This document shows positions 51,706 through 64,000 of a stretch of DNA of 64,000 nucleotides, piece by piece (the stretch's first letter is position 1; each line of letters starts with the position of its first letter). The notes below the pieces were generated by a model. It saw nothing but the letters and a program-made list of their open reading frames with translations. It was not told the DNA's origin and searched no databases. Position numbers and translations under genes: made by a program. The stretch is taken from contig NC_087437.1 of NCBI RefSeq assembly GCF_036321535.1, forward strand, positions 17,424,001-17,488,000, given 5' to 3'. The DNA comes from Camelus dromedarius. Taxonomy: Eukaryota.

Positions 51706-52552
51706 TGACCATCACAACTGCCATTTATGAGCACACACTGTGCTCTAGATCAGCAAAAATGTTCTCTTGACTTCTCACTTCCATCCTGCAAGGTAGATGA
51801 TTATAATCCCCATTTTATACCCTAGGACACAGAGACTCAGAGAGGTTCCATTATTTGCCCAAGTATAACATCTCGTGAGTCGGCGGATTGGGATTTGACT
51901 CTGGTCTGGCTGGCTAAAGAGCCTGTGCCCTTTGTACTTCCCTGCAGAAGAAGCTGAGACATTGAAGCAGGCCAGAAAGAGGTCGGAGGGACAAAGCAAA
52001 AGGAATAAAGACGTGGCTACCTTTTCTGACACATTTGCGATAGCAGTGGTTGGAGATAAAGGTGGCAGAAGAGGACCCAAATGAGGGGAGCTGACAGCAG
52101 GAGCAGTCAGGGGAAGCCAGCGAGATGTCAGGGAGGAGATGCAAGAATTTCTGCCTGGAAAGTTTGCCCCAGGGCTTCGTGCTGGGAGCCGTTATGTTTT
52201 TTCCATGGTGCTGCCTTGAGATTTTAGGATACAGGTGTTCAGCGTCAACCTCAGAGCAGCACAAAGGTCTAATGTGAGATAGACAGGGATTAGGAAAAAA
52301 GAAGTCAGGCCGAGGCTAATGTCACTCAGGAACCAAGATTTGGTTCACCTGTTAGTTTTCATTCATTCTGCATTTCTGAGCACCTGCTGTGCGCCAGGTT
52401 CTGGGTTAGGTGCGATTAGAGATGAACAAAGCAGAGTCCCTTGTCTTCAGGGAATGTAAGAACCTGCTGGAAAGTACACTTAGGTCTTTGACTTTTGGGA
52501 ATTTATCATTCATAGTTTTAACTATTCTTCAGCTACCAGAAGTAAGGTCGAG

Positions 52553-54305
52553 ATCAGTGGTTTTCAAACTCAAAGGCACATTGGAATCACCTGGGGAGGT
52601 TTTAGAAGTCCAAATGCCAGAATTTCACAGACAGAGATCTGACTTCACTTAGGGTGCTGCCTGGGCTTTGGGATTCCCCTCTACCAAAAACTTCCTGGGT
52701 GGGGCTCCTTAGAGAAGTGGTTTATTTCATAACAGGAAAGAGAAAATACAAGTCTGGAGGATCTTGTGGTAAGGAAGAAAGTGCTCAAAAAGGATGGGAG
52801 CAAAAATGCAACTAGTGTCCAAAATTGGATCCTGGAATGGAAAAAGGACATTAGTGGAGAAATTGGCAAAATCCAAATAAAGTTTGGAGTTTAGTTAATA
52901 GTAATGTACCAGTGTTGGTTTCTTAGTTTTGGCAAATGTATCATGACTATATAAGATGTTAGCATTAGGGAAAGCTGAGGAAGGGTGTATAAAAACTCTG
53001 TCTACTTACTGTCTATAGTTTTTATTTCTTTCTAAAATTATTCCCCAAATAAGAAACCTATTAATAAAAATAATAAGGAAAGAGAGAGTCTGAAAGAGCT
53101 CCCAATGGCCAAAGCTGGAACAATTTGAGCAACAAAATAAATAACAATAGAATAAAATAAATTTCCATGAGTCCATACTGATATATCACAAATCTCCACA
53201 AATGGTGGAGAAGGAATAGCTCTTCCTTACAGAATTTCAATTAACACATAGAAAATCACCACTAGCAATGATTGTTGCAAGTAATATCCACCAATAGATG
53301 CAAAAATTAATGGATGAAAGTTTGAGGAGAAACAGAATATCTACATAGTGTCATAGTATCTCCCCTAAGTTATTAATTATAAGGGGGAAAATGGTAGTTT
53401 TACAGTGAAGACACTGCCTTAACCAAGCAGTCAAGGTTAACATCACCAGTAATAAGCCATATTAACATCATGTACTCCCTGTGAGTACATGCCAAAAATG
53501 TATAACCTTAATCAAATCATGAAAAAACATTCGACAAAACCAAACTGAGGAATATACTATAAAACAACTGACTAGTGCTCTTAAAAAATGTCAAGGTCAT
53601 AAAGAAAGACTGAGGATAGACTGGAGAAGACTAGCTAGAAATGACACCTAAATGTGGGATCCTGGATTGATTCCTGAAAAAAAAAAAAGAAGGAAAGAAA
53701 GAGGAGGGTGTAGCTCAGTGGTAGAGTGGGTGCTTAGCATGCAGGAGGTCCTGGGCTCAATCCCCAGTACCTCCATTAAAAAAAAAATAATAATAATAAT
53801 AAAATAAAAATAAATAAACTTAATTTCCTCCCCCCCACCCCCATGCACACACAAAAGGACTTTAGGAGAAAAATTGGTGAAATCTGAATAAAGACTGAGG
53901 CTACATTAATGGTATTTCACCAATGTTAATACCTTCATTTTCTTATTTGTGCAATGGTGATGTACATGTGGAAGGCTGAGTGAAGGGTACATGGGAGCTC
54001 TCTGGACTATTTGTGCAACTTTACTGTACCTCTGAAATTCTTTCCAAATAAAACTTAAAAAACCCCCAAAACCCCACAAAAAGCCACCACCCCAGTGATT
54101 ATAATGAGCAGGCAGGGTTGAGAACCTCTCCATTCCTGTGCTTCTCAAACTTTACTATGAGTATGAATTGCCCGGGGGATCTTGTTGAAATGCAGATTCT
54201 GGTTCAGTAGGGCTTAGGTTGCAGACTGAGAGTCTGCATTTCTAATAAGCTCCTGGATAATGTGATGCCGCTGCTCCAAAAACCATACTTTGAGACTGAA
54301 GCAAT
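52553..54305. mobile_element. MER5A-like element split by L1MC-like 3' fragments (~52800-54060), followed by a second MER5A-like copy (~54136-54305)
   Basis: cagtggttttcaaact...gaatcacctgggg at 52555; gtgattataatgagcaggcagggttgagaacc at ~54095; gaaatgcagattctggttcagtagg...ctgcatttctaataagctcc at ~54190-54250. Confidence 0.65.
53701..53835 (+). mobile_element. tRNA-Ala-derived SINE of vic-1 type (camelid)
   Basis: ggagggtgtagctcagtggtagag...tgcttagcatgcaggaggtcctgggctcaatccccagtacctcca, then an AT-rich spacer and a taatttcctccccc tail. A box intact, B box mutated. Confidence 0.85.
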
Positions 54306-54529
54306 GGATCACTTTCCTGAGGCATGAATTGGTTTGCTGTCCCTTTGAAGCTGGGATGTGGGCACTTGTTACAGAGGCAGCGAGTGATGCCAGCAACCTG
54401 CTTAGCAGCCATGTCCTAGCTCAGCCTTGCCCTTTTCTTCTTCTGATCACAGACAAGGTGATCTCTTGAAATAATTGACTGCATTTGAAGGAGACATTTT
54501 AGGGGGGTGGTGTCAGTTCATAGGGCCCC

Positions 54530-55043
54530 ACGCGGTAGTCAGAAGAATGGTCCCCCAAAGACGCCCACATTCTAATCCCTAGAACCTGTGACTAGGTGAC
54601 CTTTTACAGAAAAAGGGATTTAAAAGATGTGATTAACGTTATGGGATTTTGAGATTAGGAGATTATCCCAGATTATCAGGGCGGGCCCAATCTAATCACA
54701 TGAATCCTTCAAAACTGAGAACCTTTCCTAGATGCAGTGAGAGAGAGATAAGACAGAAAAAGAGGCAGGAGGAATTCAAAGCATGAAAGGGACTCAACCA
54801 GTCATGTTGGCTTTGAGGATGCAGGAAGGGGGACGGTGTGCGAGGAAGGTGGGTGGCCACCAGCAGCTGGGGATGGGGAGGAAACAGCCTCTCCTAGAGC
54901 CCACAGTCTTGCCAACACCTTGATTTAGCCCAGTTAGACCTGTGACAGACTTCTGACATACAGAACTGGAAAATAATAAATCTGTGTTGTTTTAAGACAC
55001 TGTAACTGTGGGAATCTGTTACAACAGCAATAGAATACTAATA
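54530..55043. mobile_element. MaLR LTR (MLT1D-like)
   Basis: aatggtcccccaaagacgcccacattctaatccctagaacctgtga...tgttacaacagcaatagaatactaata. Confidence 0.85.
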
Positions 55044-55514
55044 GGCCTCAAGAGAGAGAGATCGGCTTCGTGAATGCGGCTCTAGGCAAAAATCCTGCTT
55101 AGCTCGTTTCCCCACATTGAGTGCCAGAAGCTTTTTTTTTTTTTCCCTCCGAAGCACAAAAGGAGATTTTATTATGGTTATTGATCTGTAAATATACATA
55201 CTTCCAGAATTTCTCTTTCTGATTATATGTCTCCCTTTCATGCAGTGAAAAATACAAATTCAGATTCTTCTCTGGAAGCCAAAAACTGAAAAATGAAAGT
55301 CTGCCTTAGGCAAAAGACCACAAGTCAGTAAAAGCATCTATTCTGACTAACCAAAATGAAGATAGTTATGAAAAAGCTAAATAAAGAAATCCATATCGTC
55401 AGATATGAACAAGCAGCAGTATCTGCTGAACAAAGATTCTGAATAACAACTCACTTAAGTTTACAGCGAAGCTAGATGCCTTCTTTTATGTACTGCACTT
55501 TAAATATAAGATAT

Positions 55515-55652
55515 ATTATTTATTTATTATTTTATATATATATATATTTAAATTGAAGTATAATCAGTTTACAGTGTTGTATCAGTTTCTGGTGTACAGC
55601 ACAATGCTACGGTCATACATGAACATACATATATTCATTTTCATATTCTTAA
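55515..55652 (-). mobile_element. Short L1 3' terminus, antisense
   Basis: aattgaagtataatcagtttacagtgttgtatcagtttctggtgtacagcacaat...catgaacatacatatattcat, related to the reverse complement of 2045-2140. Confidence 0.8.
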
Positions 55653-56921
55653 TTGTCAGATCACAGTTGCCCAGCTCAAGTCTGTATTGGAAACACCACC
55701 CAAGAGGCTCCAACCAGTGGGCCTTCTTGAGATACCAGAGTCAGACTGCTAGAGTGAGAGTAATATAATTCTCTATAGTAACAAGAGCGTAACTACTCAC
55801 AAGGTACCAAACGGTTATACAGAGGGTTCTCGTCTCTCCCTCCAGCTCCACTGAGAATTCCCATTCAGTGTGGCTGAGGAAATAATTCTTCCCGATTTTG
55901 CACCCTCCTCCCTGTGGCCAATATGTCTTTCCTGTCCACACTTAAAGCTTGCTCTCCCCTTTCACCTTGACTATACTCTTTGTTTCTGCATTTGCTCATT
56001 TACATCAGGTAGAGACTCTTATTAACTGGTTTCTTCAGAGACTTGACGTTAATACACATGGCTGATAGATGACAATTCTTGTTAATGAGAATGCAGTGTG
56101 GAGAACAAAGTCTTCTTTTTCTCCATTTAATTGTGTTCCCTGGACCACCGTGAGACTTCTCTAACAATTGGAGGGGATTTTTACACCGTTTATAGGGGAA
56201 AGGAGTCACTTTCAACTTGGAGTCTGAGCTGAAAACATAGTTCCTGTTTTGCAGAGTCATTTCCTATTTAGTGTCCTAGCAGAAAATGGGTCCTTCTTCC
56301 TGCAGTGCACGATACCGTGGAACCTGATTAACTGTCCCCTGGCATCCGTAGTTTATGGGCATTACTGCTTTTCCATCTCATACCCAATGTATGTGTGTGT
56401 GTGACATGAACATCAACCAGCAGAACAAAGATGGAATTTGGAATATACTGTACAAATGGCAGGAGGATCTTGGAGATGTTGCCTGTAGGGCTCAGAAAAT
56501 TTTCATCTTAATACAGGAAGGAGACAGATTTAGGACTGTTTCCATAATGGGGTTAGATTTGGAACTTCTCATGTAGGAGAAGACAGTCACACCAGTTGCA
56601 AATTGTTGCATAACATAATGATGCCATGTAAATGTTGAGACATCTTTTGCTGTTGTCCCGACTGTGTGCCCCTTGTGAAGAAAGGCATACCCCAAAACTC
56701 AACCTCAGTGTGTTGCTTAAAGCCTTGATGAATGTCTTAATCATGAGGTCTCTCCCTAACAGGTCTCCCTCAATGATTTAATTGACTGCACCTAATTGTC
56801 CAACTTAACTTTTTCAGCGGGTACATTTCATCCTGTTTCAGTTTATCCCATCATGGTCTTTTAAAATATATCCTGTCATTCAGATAATCAGAATTAATGT
56901 TGGTTTTTTAGGTGTAATGAC

Positions 56922-57271
56922 TTTTTTTTCTTTTATTGAAGCATAGTTGATTTACAATGTTGTGTTAGTTTCTGGTGTACAGCATAGTGATTCAGTTATA
57001 TATATATTCTTTTTCATTATAGGTTATTACAAGGTATTGAATATAGTTCCCTGTGCTCTATGGTAGAACCTTTTTGTTTACATGATTGTGTTTTTTAATT
57101 GGAATTTTACTGATGTAATTCTAGATTCACATGCAGTTGTAAGAAACAATACAGAGAGGCAAGTTTCCCCAATGGTCTTTTGCAAAATAATAGTATAATA
57201 TCATAACCAGGATATTGACATCATTAATACAATCCACCTGTCTTATTCGTATTTCCCCACTTTTACTTGCA

Positions 57272-57318
<47 letters not shown>

Positions 57319-59900
57319 TTTTGTATTTATCACCACAGTCAAGATACCGAACAACTCTAACATCACAAAAAAGTCTCCTGTTGCCTTTTTATAAGTCCCC
57401 GCTACTGTACCTTTCCCACTGTTCCTAACCCCTGGCAACCATTAATCTGTTCTCCATTTCTAAAATTTTGTCTTTTCAAAATGTTAGATAAGTAGAATCA
57501 TACAGCATGTAACTTCTTGGGATTGGCTGTTTTCACTCAGCATAATTCCCTGTAGACTCATCCAAGTTGTTTTGTGTTGTGATGGTTGGTTCCTTTTTAT
57601 TGGATGTACCATAATTGGTTTAACCATTCACCTGTCTAAGGGCACCTGGGCTGATTCCAGTTTGTTTATGAACATTTGTCGTGCATATCTTGTGTGATAT
57701 AAGCATTCATTACTTTGGGGTAAGTGCCCAAGTGTGCAGTTGCTGGGCTGTGTGGTCATTACAAGCTTAGTTATACAAGAAACTGCCCAACTGTCTTCCA
57801 GAGTGGCTGTACCAATTCACACTCCCACCAACGATGTATGAGTGATTCACTTTCTCTGCATCCTCATCAGGATTTGGTTTTGTCACTTAAAAACATTTTT
57901 GTCATTCTGATAGCTGTGTGGTGCTATCTCATGGAGGTTTTAATTTGCATTTCCCTAACAGCTAATGATGCTGAACATCTTTTCATGTACTTATTTGCCA
58001 CCTGTATGTGCTTTTTGGTGAAACGTCTCTTCATGTCTTTTGTCCATTTTCTAATTGAATTTTTTGCTTTTCTACTTTTGGATTTAGAGTGTCTTTATAT
58101 ATATATTCTAGATATGTATGCTTTGTGAGATTGTATAGGTTGCAAATATTTTCTCCCACTCTGTATCTTGTCTTTGATCCTATTAACTAGGCCTTTTGTC
58201 GAGCAAGAGATTTCATTTTTGATGCTGCCCAGTTATAAATTTTTCCTTTTATGGACCTCGTTTTGGTGTCAAGTCTAAGAACTCTTTGTCTAGCCCTGGA
58301 AATTTTCTCCTGTGTTTTTTCCTAAAACTTTAAGAGTTTTACATTAAGTTTATGATCCATTTTGAGTTAATTTTTGCATAAGTTATGAGATTTAGGTTGA
58401 GGTTTTTGTTTGCCTGCAGATGTCCAATTGCTCTAATATTATTTGCTAAAAAGGCTGTCCTTCCTTCATTCAGTTGCCTTTATACCTTTGCCAAAAACCA
58501 GTTAAGCATATATGAGTGGGTCTATTTCTGGGATTTCTATATTGTTTCATCAATCTGTGTCTATTCCTTTGTCAATACCACACAATCTTAATTACTGTAA
58601 GTCTTGAAATTGGGTAGATTGGTGTGTCTCACTTTGTTCTTTTTCAAAATTATTTTAGTTATTCTCATTCCTTTTCCTTTTCTTATAGATTTTAGAGAAA
58701 GCTTGTTTATATCTACAAAAAAACTTGCTGGGCTTTTAATAGAAATTACATTAAACCTGTATGTCAATTTGGGGAGAATTACCATTTAACTATGTCAAAT
58801 TGTCCAATCCATGAACACAGTATGTCTCTCCATTTATTTAGATTTTCTTTGAAATATTTCACCAGCATCGTGAAGTCTCCCCCATACAAATCCTAGATGT
58901 GTGCTGTTAGATTTACACCTGAGTATTTCATTTTGGGGGCAGTGGGAGTGATTGTAAATAGTATTTTAAAATTTCTGTGTACAAGTGTTCCTTGCTAGTA
59001 TTTAGAAGTATAACTAATTTTTTAAGTTTATCTTGTGTACTATGAACTTGCTGAACTCACTATTAGTTTTAGGAGGTTTTTTTGGGAGGGGTGGATTCTG
59101 TGAGATTTCCTATATCGTGTCTCCTGCAAATGGGAGATTTTTTACTTCCTTTCCAATCTGTACTGCCTTTTACTTCCTTTGTTTGCCTAATTACAATTGC
59201 TAGAACTTCTAGTACAATGTCAAATAAAAGGAATGAGAGTGAGGATCCTTGTCTTACTCCCGATTTTCGGGGGAAAGCCTTCAGTCTTTCACCATTGAGT
59301 GAGATGTTAGCGGTAGGTTTTTCTATGGATGGTGTTTTATCAATTTGAGATAACTCCCTGCTGCTCTCAACTTGAAGAGACTTTTGTTTTTTGCCTTGTT
59401 TTTGTTTTATGTTTATAAATCACGAATGGGTGCTGGATTTTATAAATGCTTTTTTGGTATTAATTGATATGATCGTATGTTTTTTTCCTTCTTTAACTTG
59501 TTGATATGGTGGATTACATTAATTGATTTTCAAATATTGAACTCGCCTTGCATACTTGGAATAAATTCCACTTGATCACGGTATATAATCCTTTTTAAAT
59601 TTTATTAATTTTTTATAGCTAATATTTTTGTTAAAGATTTTTGCATCTAAGTGCATGAAATATATTGATCTATAGTCTTTTTAAAAAAAATATGTGCTAT
59701 CTTTGTCTGATTTTGGTTTCAGGGTAATGCTGGCCTTATAAAGTAATTTGGAAAGTGCTCTTTCCTCTTCTATTTTTTTCGAAGAGATTGTATAAAATTG
59801 GTGTTAATTTTTCTTTAACTTTCACAGTATTCTCCAGTGTAACCATCTGGGCTGGAGGATTTCATTTTTGAGAGTTTTAGAATTATGGATTAATCTTTAT
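56922..59900 (-). mobile_element. L1 3' terminus (56922-57080) plus an older L1MB/MC-like copy (57090-59900), antisense, with (GT)n at 57275-57316
   Basis: ORF2 peptide MVILPKLTYRFNVISIK (58588-58785) and extended antisense ORF2 sequence. Confidence 0.85.
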
Positions 59901-61253
59901 ATTTACATAGCTTTATATTCCCCCCATGTCTGACTAGGCAAATGTTTTGTTGGCATTACAAGAGGAAGGATGTCAGAGAAGACCATGCCCCGCCCTCCTA
60001 TGTTACCCCACTGCAGCTGACCCTTTCCCTTGTCATCCCTTGGGTGATTACAAGTTTAAGGGTGGTGAGGCAGGAAGCCTCCCTTGTGGGTACCCCAGGT
60101 GTTTCCTCACAGCTCAGGCTGTGGACGCTGAGGGTGAGATGAGAGGCATCTCCAGGGTCCTACGTTAGAGAAGAAGCGTGGGCACCAGGCAGGGTGTCCC
60201 CAGCAGCTCCCATCCCCTCATGGTCACAGGGCTTGATAACGAAAAGCAGGTGCCGATCTGGAGACAGGCAGAGAGATGAAAAGTCCCAGGCGAGGGCCCC
60301 AGCCCCATACACACGGTGCTGATGATGGTATCGCTGCAACTGTAACAGCAAAGGGAGGCAGGTGTTGGGCATTGAGAGACTAGCGTGTGAAAGTTGGAGG
60401 AGAAGGACCATAGGAGATCCAGACTGCACGATGGGTTACACGCAACGATGAGCCCTGGGGCTACCCAGAGTCCTTATGAGGGCCGGTTCAGCCTCACAGG
60501 CCTCTGTGATTCTGTGTGCAAACTGCACCCACCTGTGTGAGCAGATGCTTGTGTCCTGGCTGGCTCAGGGGCCTGCAGTCTGCCTGTGGCAGAGTCTCTG
60601 AGCCGGCCTGGTGCCCTTCAGACTAGACTCCTTCCACAGCAGACCTGAGCCTGCCCTTCCCAGGTGGCAGCCACTGCCCCATTTGGCCTTGTTGGGGGAC
60701 ACAAAGGAAAGTGCTTCGGGACCTGAGGATGGCAGTGGCAGGAGAGGATGGGGATGAGAAGCTGGCAGGAGCCAGTACAGGTTTGCCATGTAGGGGTGGG
60801 AGGCTCATGTCTATGAAACTTACTTAGGGTCACGTAGTTCCTAAGTGGCAGAGTCAAGGCCTACATCTGGGTCAGTCTGATGTAAAGATTGTACATAATG
60901 TGCTTCAGTTTTCTCATTTGTACAGTGAAGAAACTAATGGTCCTTACGTCCCTATACGGTCGTGAGGATTCAATGAGATAATTATGTGACAGTCTAGCAC
61001 GTGGCCTAGATAGAGCATGGTAAATGCTTAATAATATTAGCCATTATTATTATTAATATGAATATGCCATTCTATCGCCAAAGGCAGAAGTACAATGATA
61101 ACAGCAAAAATTTAGCACAAACACAAGTATGGTCAAATGAGAGTTGTTTCTAGTTCCTAAGCACGTGAGGCCTTAACCAGGAGCTAGCTTGAAGCTGTGG
61201 CATTTCCCTGACGTGAGCTCACCGGTTGGCTTGTCCACCTGCCTTGATCCCAG

Positions 61254-61380
61254 ATGCAGTGGCTGTCCTGCCTGCCCCTCAGAACCTCTCTGTACAATCG
61301 ACCAACATGAAGCATGTCTTGACATGGAGCCCGGTGGTCATGCCTGAAGAAATAATACACTATTCTGTTGAGTACCAGGG
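61254..61380 (+). CDS. IL20RB: IL20RB exon 2 (start of FNIII domain 1)
   Basis: Acceptor cccAG ends at 61253; (D)AVAVLPAPQNLSVQSTNMKHVLTWSPVVMPEEIIHYSVEYQG; donor GG|GTGAGT at 61381; 127 nt. Confidence 0.96.
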
Positions 61381-62016
61381 GTGAGTTTTGTTTTTGTTTT
61401 GCGTTTTTTCCCTGTAGGCAGTAGTTAATTCCTGGAGGCCCATCCCTCATCCCCGAGCTCCAGAAGGCACTGAGGGCCCAGGGAGAGATGTCCTATGATC
61501 TGCCCCCTCTGTCTGCAAGGGCAGTGAGAGGGTTGAAGCAGCGAGGGAAATTGCCCTGTGGATTTGACGGTGGGCTCCCCGGAAACACGATATGTATAAG
61601 CACATTTTGGTGAGGCTTCTTTTCAGCAGTGAGTCAGTCCCATGCTGAAGAAAATCTTAAGAATAAATCAGTTTGACTCTGAATTAAGGTGGAGAAATCA
61701 CTGGAGACTCAGATCCTTTGGGGGTGGTGGAGACCTCAGCTTTCCTGACTGTGAGCCTGCCCCTAGGAACCAAAACAAATCATGACACTGTAGGTCAGCC
61801 GGCCCTTCTCCAGGTGTCCTGGCCCTCAGAGCTGTTGAGGAGTGACAGGGACACAGGAGGTGCTCTATATATTTCACTAACAATGAATACAAACTGAGCG
61901 CCTACGCTGTGGAGACATTCTCCCATACTTGGGTACCGTCGACAAAATTTCTGGATATAGGGAGCTTACATTTAGAGGAAGAGGCCATAAAAGGGTAAAG
62001 AAATAAATACACTAAG

Positions 62017-62238
62017 TCTGCACTGTCCAGTGTGGTAGGTAGCCTCTAGATACGGATAACTATTCAAACTTAAATTAGTTAAATTAAATTTAAAAAATCA
62101 AATTAAAATGTTTCCCAGTCATATGAGCCACACTTCACGTTCTTAATAGCTGCATGTGGATAGTGGCTACTATACTGAACAACACCGAGACAGCATTGCC
62201 ACCAGTACAGAAAGTTCTGTTGGGCAGCACTGCTCTAG
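62017..62238. mobile_element. MER3/MER33-like hAT fossil
   Basis: ctgcactgtccagt...agccacacttcacgttcttaatagctgcatgtggatagtggctact...gttctgttgggcagcactgctctag. Confidence 0.75.
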
Positions 62239-62839
62239 GCGAGTTAAGACAGAGATCAGCACTAGGAGGAAGCTTAAAGGCTGATGCAACAGAGTTGACT
62301 CTGGGGCAGCTTTTTATTAGGTGGTCAGGAAAGGTTCTAAGGTAAAAAGAGCTTGGCTTGTTGGAGGAAGGGCGAGGAGAGAGCAGCGTGTTAAGGGGTG
62401 GAGTAAGAAAGGAGCCCAGAGAGTCTTGCAGGCCATGGGGGAGAGTCTGGATTCCATTCTAAGTGCCTTGGAAGCCACTAAGGAGAGAATTGTGATGCTC
62501 TACTGAGTGATGAACAGAAGAATGGCAGGAATGGAAGCAGGAAAATTAGTCAGGAGACACAGCAGGGGAAGGGATGTAGTGACTGAGACTGGGGTGGTGA
62601 CCGGGCAGATGGAGAGACCAGGACAGGTTGGGGTTTAAGCCTAGGTTTCCCTTGCCTGGCGAGAAAAAGAGTGAGGAAGAGTGGGTGGTGGGTGAGGGAC
62701 GAGAGGGGAGGAACTAGAGTGTGGAGCAGAATCTTCTTCTGACCCATAAAAAGTAGGTGAATGAGACAGTTTCTTGCAACGACCACTGAGCCCGGGTCAA
62801 AGGGGCTGGTGTGACGCTTCCCCTCCTCTCTTTGGCCAG

Positions 62840-63030
62840 AGAGTACGAGAGCCTGTACATGAGCCACATCTGGATCCCCAGCAGCTGGTGCTCCCCCACC
62901 GCAGGCCCTGAGTGTGACATCACAGACGACATCACTGCCACTGTGCCCTACAACCTCCGCGTCAGGGCCACCCTGGGCTCACAGACCTCAGCCTGGAGCA
63001 CCCTGAAGCAGCCCTTTAATCGAAACTCGA
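62840..63030 (+). CDS. IL20RB: IL20RB exon 3; gene continues beyond the window
   Basis: Acceptor gccAG ends at 62839; EYESLYMSHIWIPSSWCSPTAGPECDITDDITATVPYNLRVRATLGSQTSAWSTLKQPFNRNS; donor A|GTAAGG at 63031; 191 nt. Confidence 0.97.
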
Positions 63031-64000
63031 GTAAGGCCCTTCTCTCCTTCCTCCTCTGCCCCCACCAGCCTCCCTTTCACTGAGGGTTTGGGTATTCTTT
63101 TTAGCATCAAATTAGTCTTGCAAAGCCAGGGAGAGTATTGGGGAAGTAAGCAACCATGACCGGTCCATTTCAAATATTGCCAGCTGCTTCCCACAGACCG
63201 TCTTCTCTCATTTTGAGAGAGACTTTGGAAGTCATTCCTGTCTCTGGAAGGAACGCTGACCTGGAAGAGAGGAGAGGGGGCTAGGACGGCCTCTCTCTGC
63301 CCTGGCAGTGCCTCCCATCTGGCGCCTCATTAACTGCATCTTCGCTGCCGGTGTCAGCATCCTCTCTGTGCAACAGGGGTGATGCATTAACAGACTGACA
63401 GAAACAGTCCCTTGGAAATAAATGACTTTTTCATACTGACAGAACGTGGAAAATGATTAAGAAGTAAGGGAAGACTCCAGATCGGAGGCCAAATATGGCA
63501 GAGTAAGGAAGCAGCTGGTCACATGGCAAAGGGCTTTGACCTAAAGCCTCATCAGATCTGCAGAGGCGGGTCATGGAAGAACAGAGGGTCTGGGCTGGGT
63601 CTGTCTTAGAGAACAATCACTCTGGCTGTAGTGTGAAAAGTAAATGGGGCAGGACAAGCCTGCAGGGCACGGGAAGAGTGAGGAGGCTGCTGTAACCCCC
63701 AGCTGAGCCCGGGTGGGTCCTAACCCCAGGAGTAGGGGAGGGCATGGGGAGGAGAGGACAAGTTCACAAGGCATGGCTGAGTTAGAAAAGACAGAGCTTG
63801 AAAACCAGTTACTGGGCGACAGAAATAATGGAGGACATAATAATAGTGTCCATCTTCCTGTTGGGGCTGATGAGAATGTCATCCAAGGCAGAGAACCCAG
63901 GAAGGCAACTGGTCTTGAGGAACAGGAGATACTCCTGCCTTTGGGCTCTTTGAGATTGAGATTCCTATAAGGTAACACGCCACAAATGTCTGATTGGCGG

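Noticed and set aside
53703..53775. tRNA-Ala(AGC) gene
   Set aside because: The B box is mutated (GGGCTCAATCC), there is no oligo-T terminator, and a SINE-type AT-rich and C-rich tail follows; it is a SINE head.
55660..56900. Unique-looking block in IL20RB intron 1 as a processed pseudogene or extra exon
   Set aside because: I could not recognise any protein, poly(A)/TSD or convincing exon; it may be regulatory, but the sequence alone does not support a call.
59900..64000. Many short ORFs and the GC rise at the right end
   Set aside because: Explained by base composition and old L2/MIR/MER fragments in IL20RB introns; only the two IL20RB exons have homology and splice signals.
1..64000. Prokaryotic-type systems (CRISPR arrays, operons, defence islands)
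   Set aside because: The sequence is mammalian, with spliced genes and mammalian TEs; no repeat-spacer arrays or dense ORFs were seen.

Overview
Mammalian (eukaryotic) genomic DNA, most likely a camelid, judged from a vic-1-type tRNA-Ala-derived SINE at ~53.7 kb. The window holds all three coding exons of NCK1 on the + strand (226+713+195 nt = 377 aa), plus a short alternative coding exon in intron 2 (MDWLNVFKDFF) that gives a 313-aa isoform lacking the first SH3 domain. About 9 kb downstream are the first three coding exons of IL20RB (+), which continues beyond the window. The rest is intronic or intergenic DNA rich in L1, MaLR LTRs, hAT DNA-transposon fossils, MIRs and microsatellites. The most unusual item is the L1 at 1-2158. 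It keeps the 5'UTR and ORF1, lacks nearly all of ORF2, and the ORF2 remnant (~1487-1805) carries a dense, strand-specific A-to-G substitution cluster resembling ADAR hyper-editing fixed in DNA. Repeat family names are by-eye recognition and repeat boundaries are approximate; exon boundaries were counted base by base.
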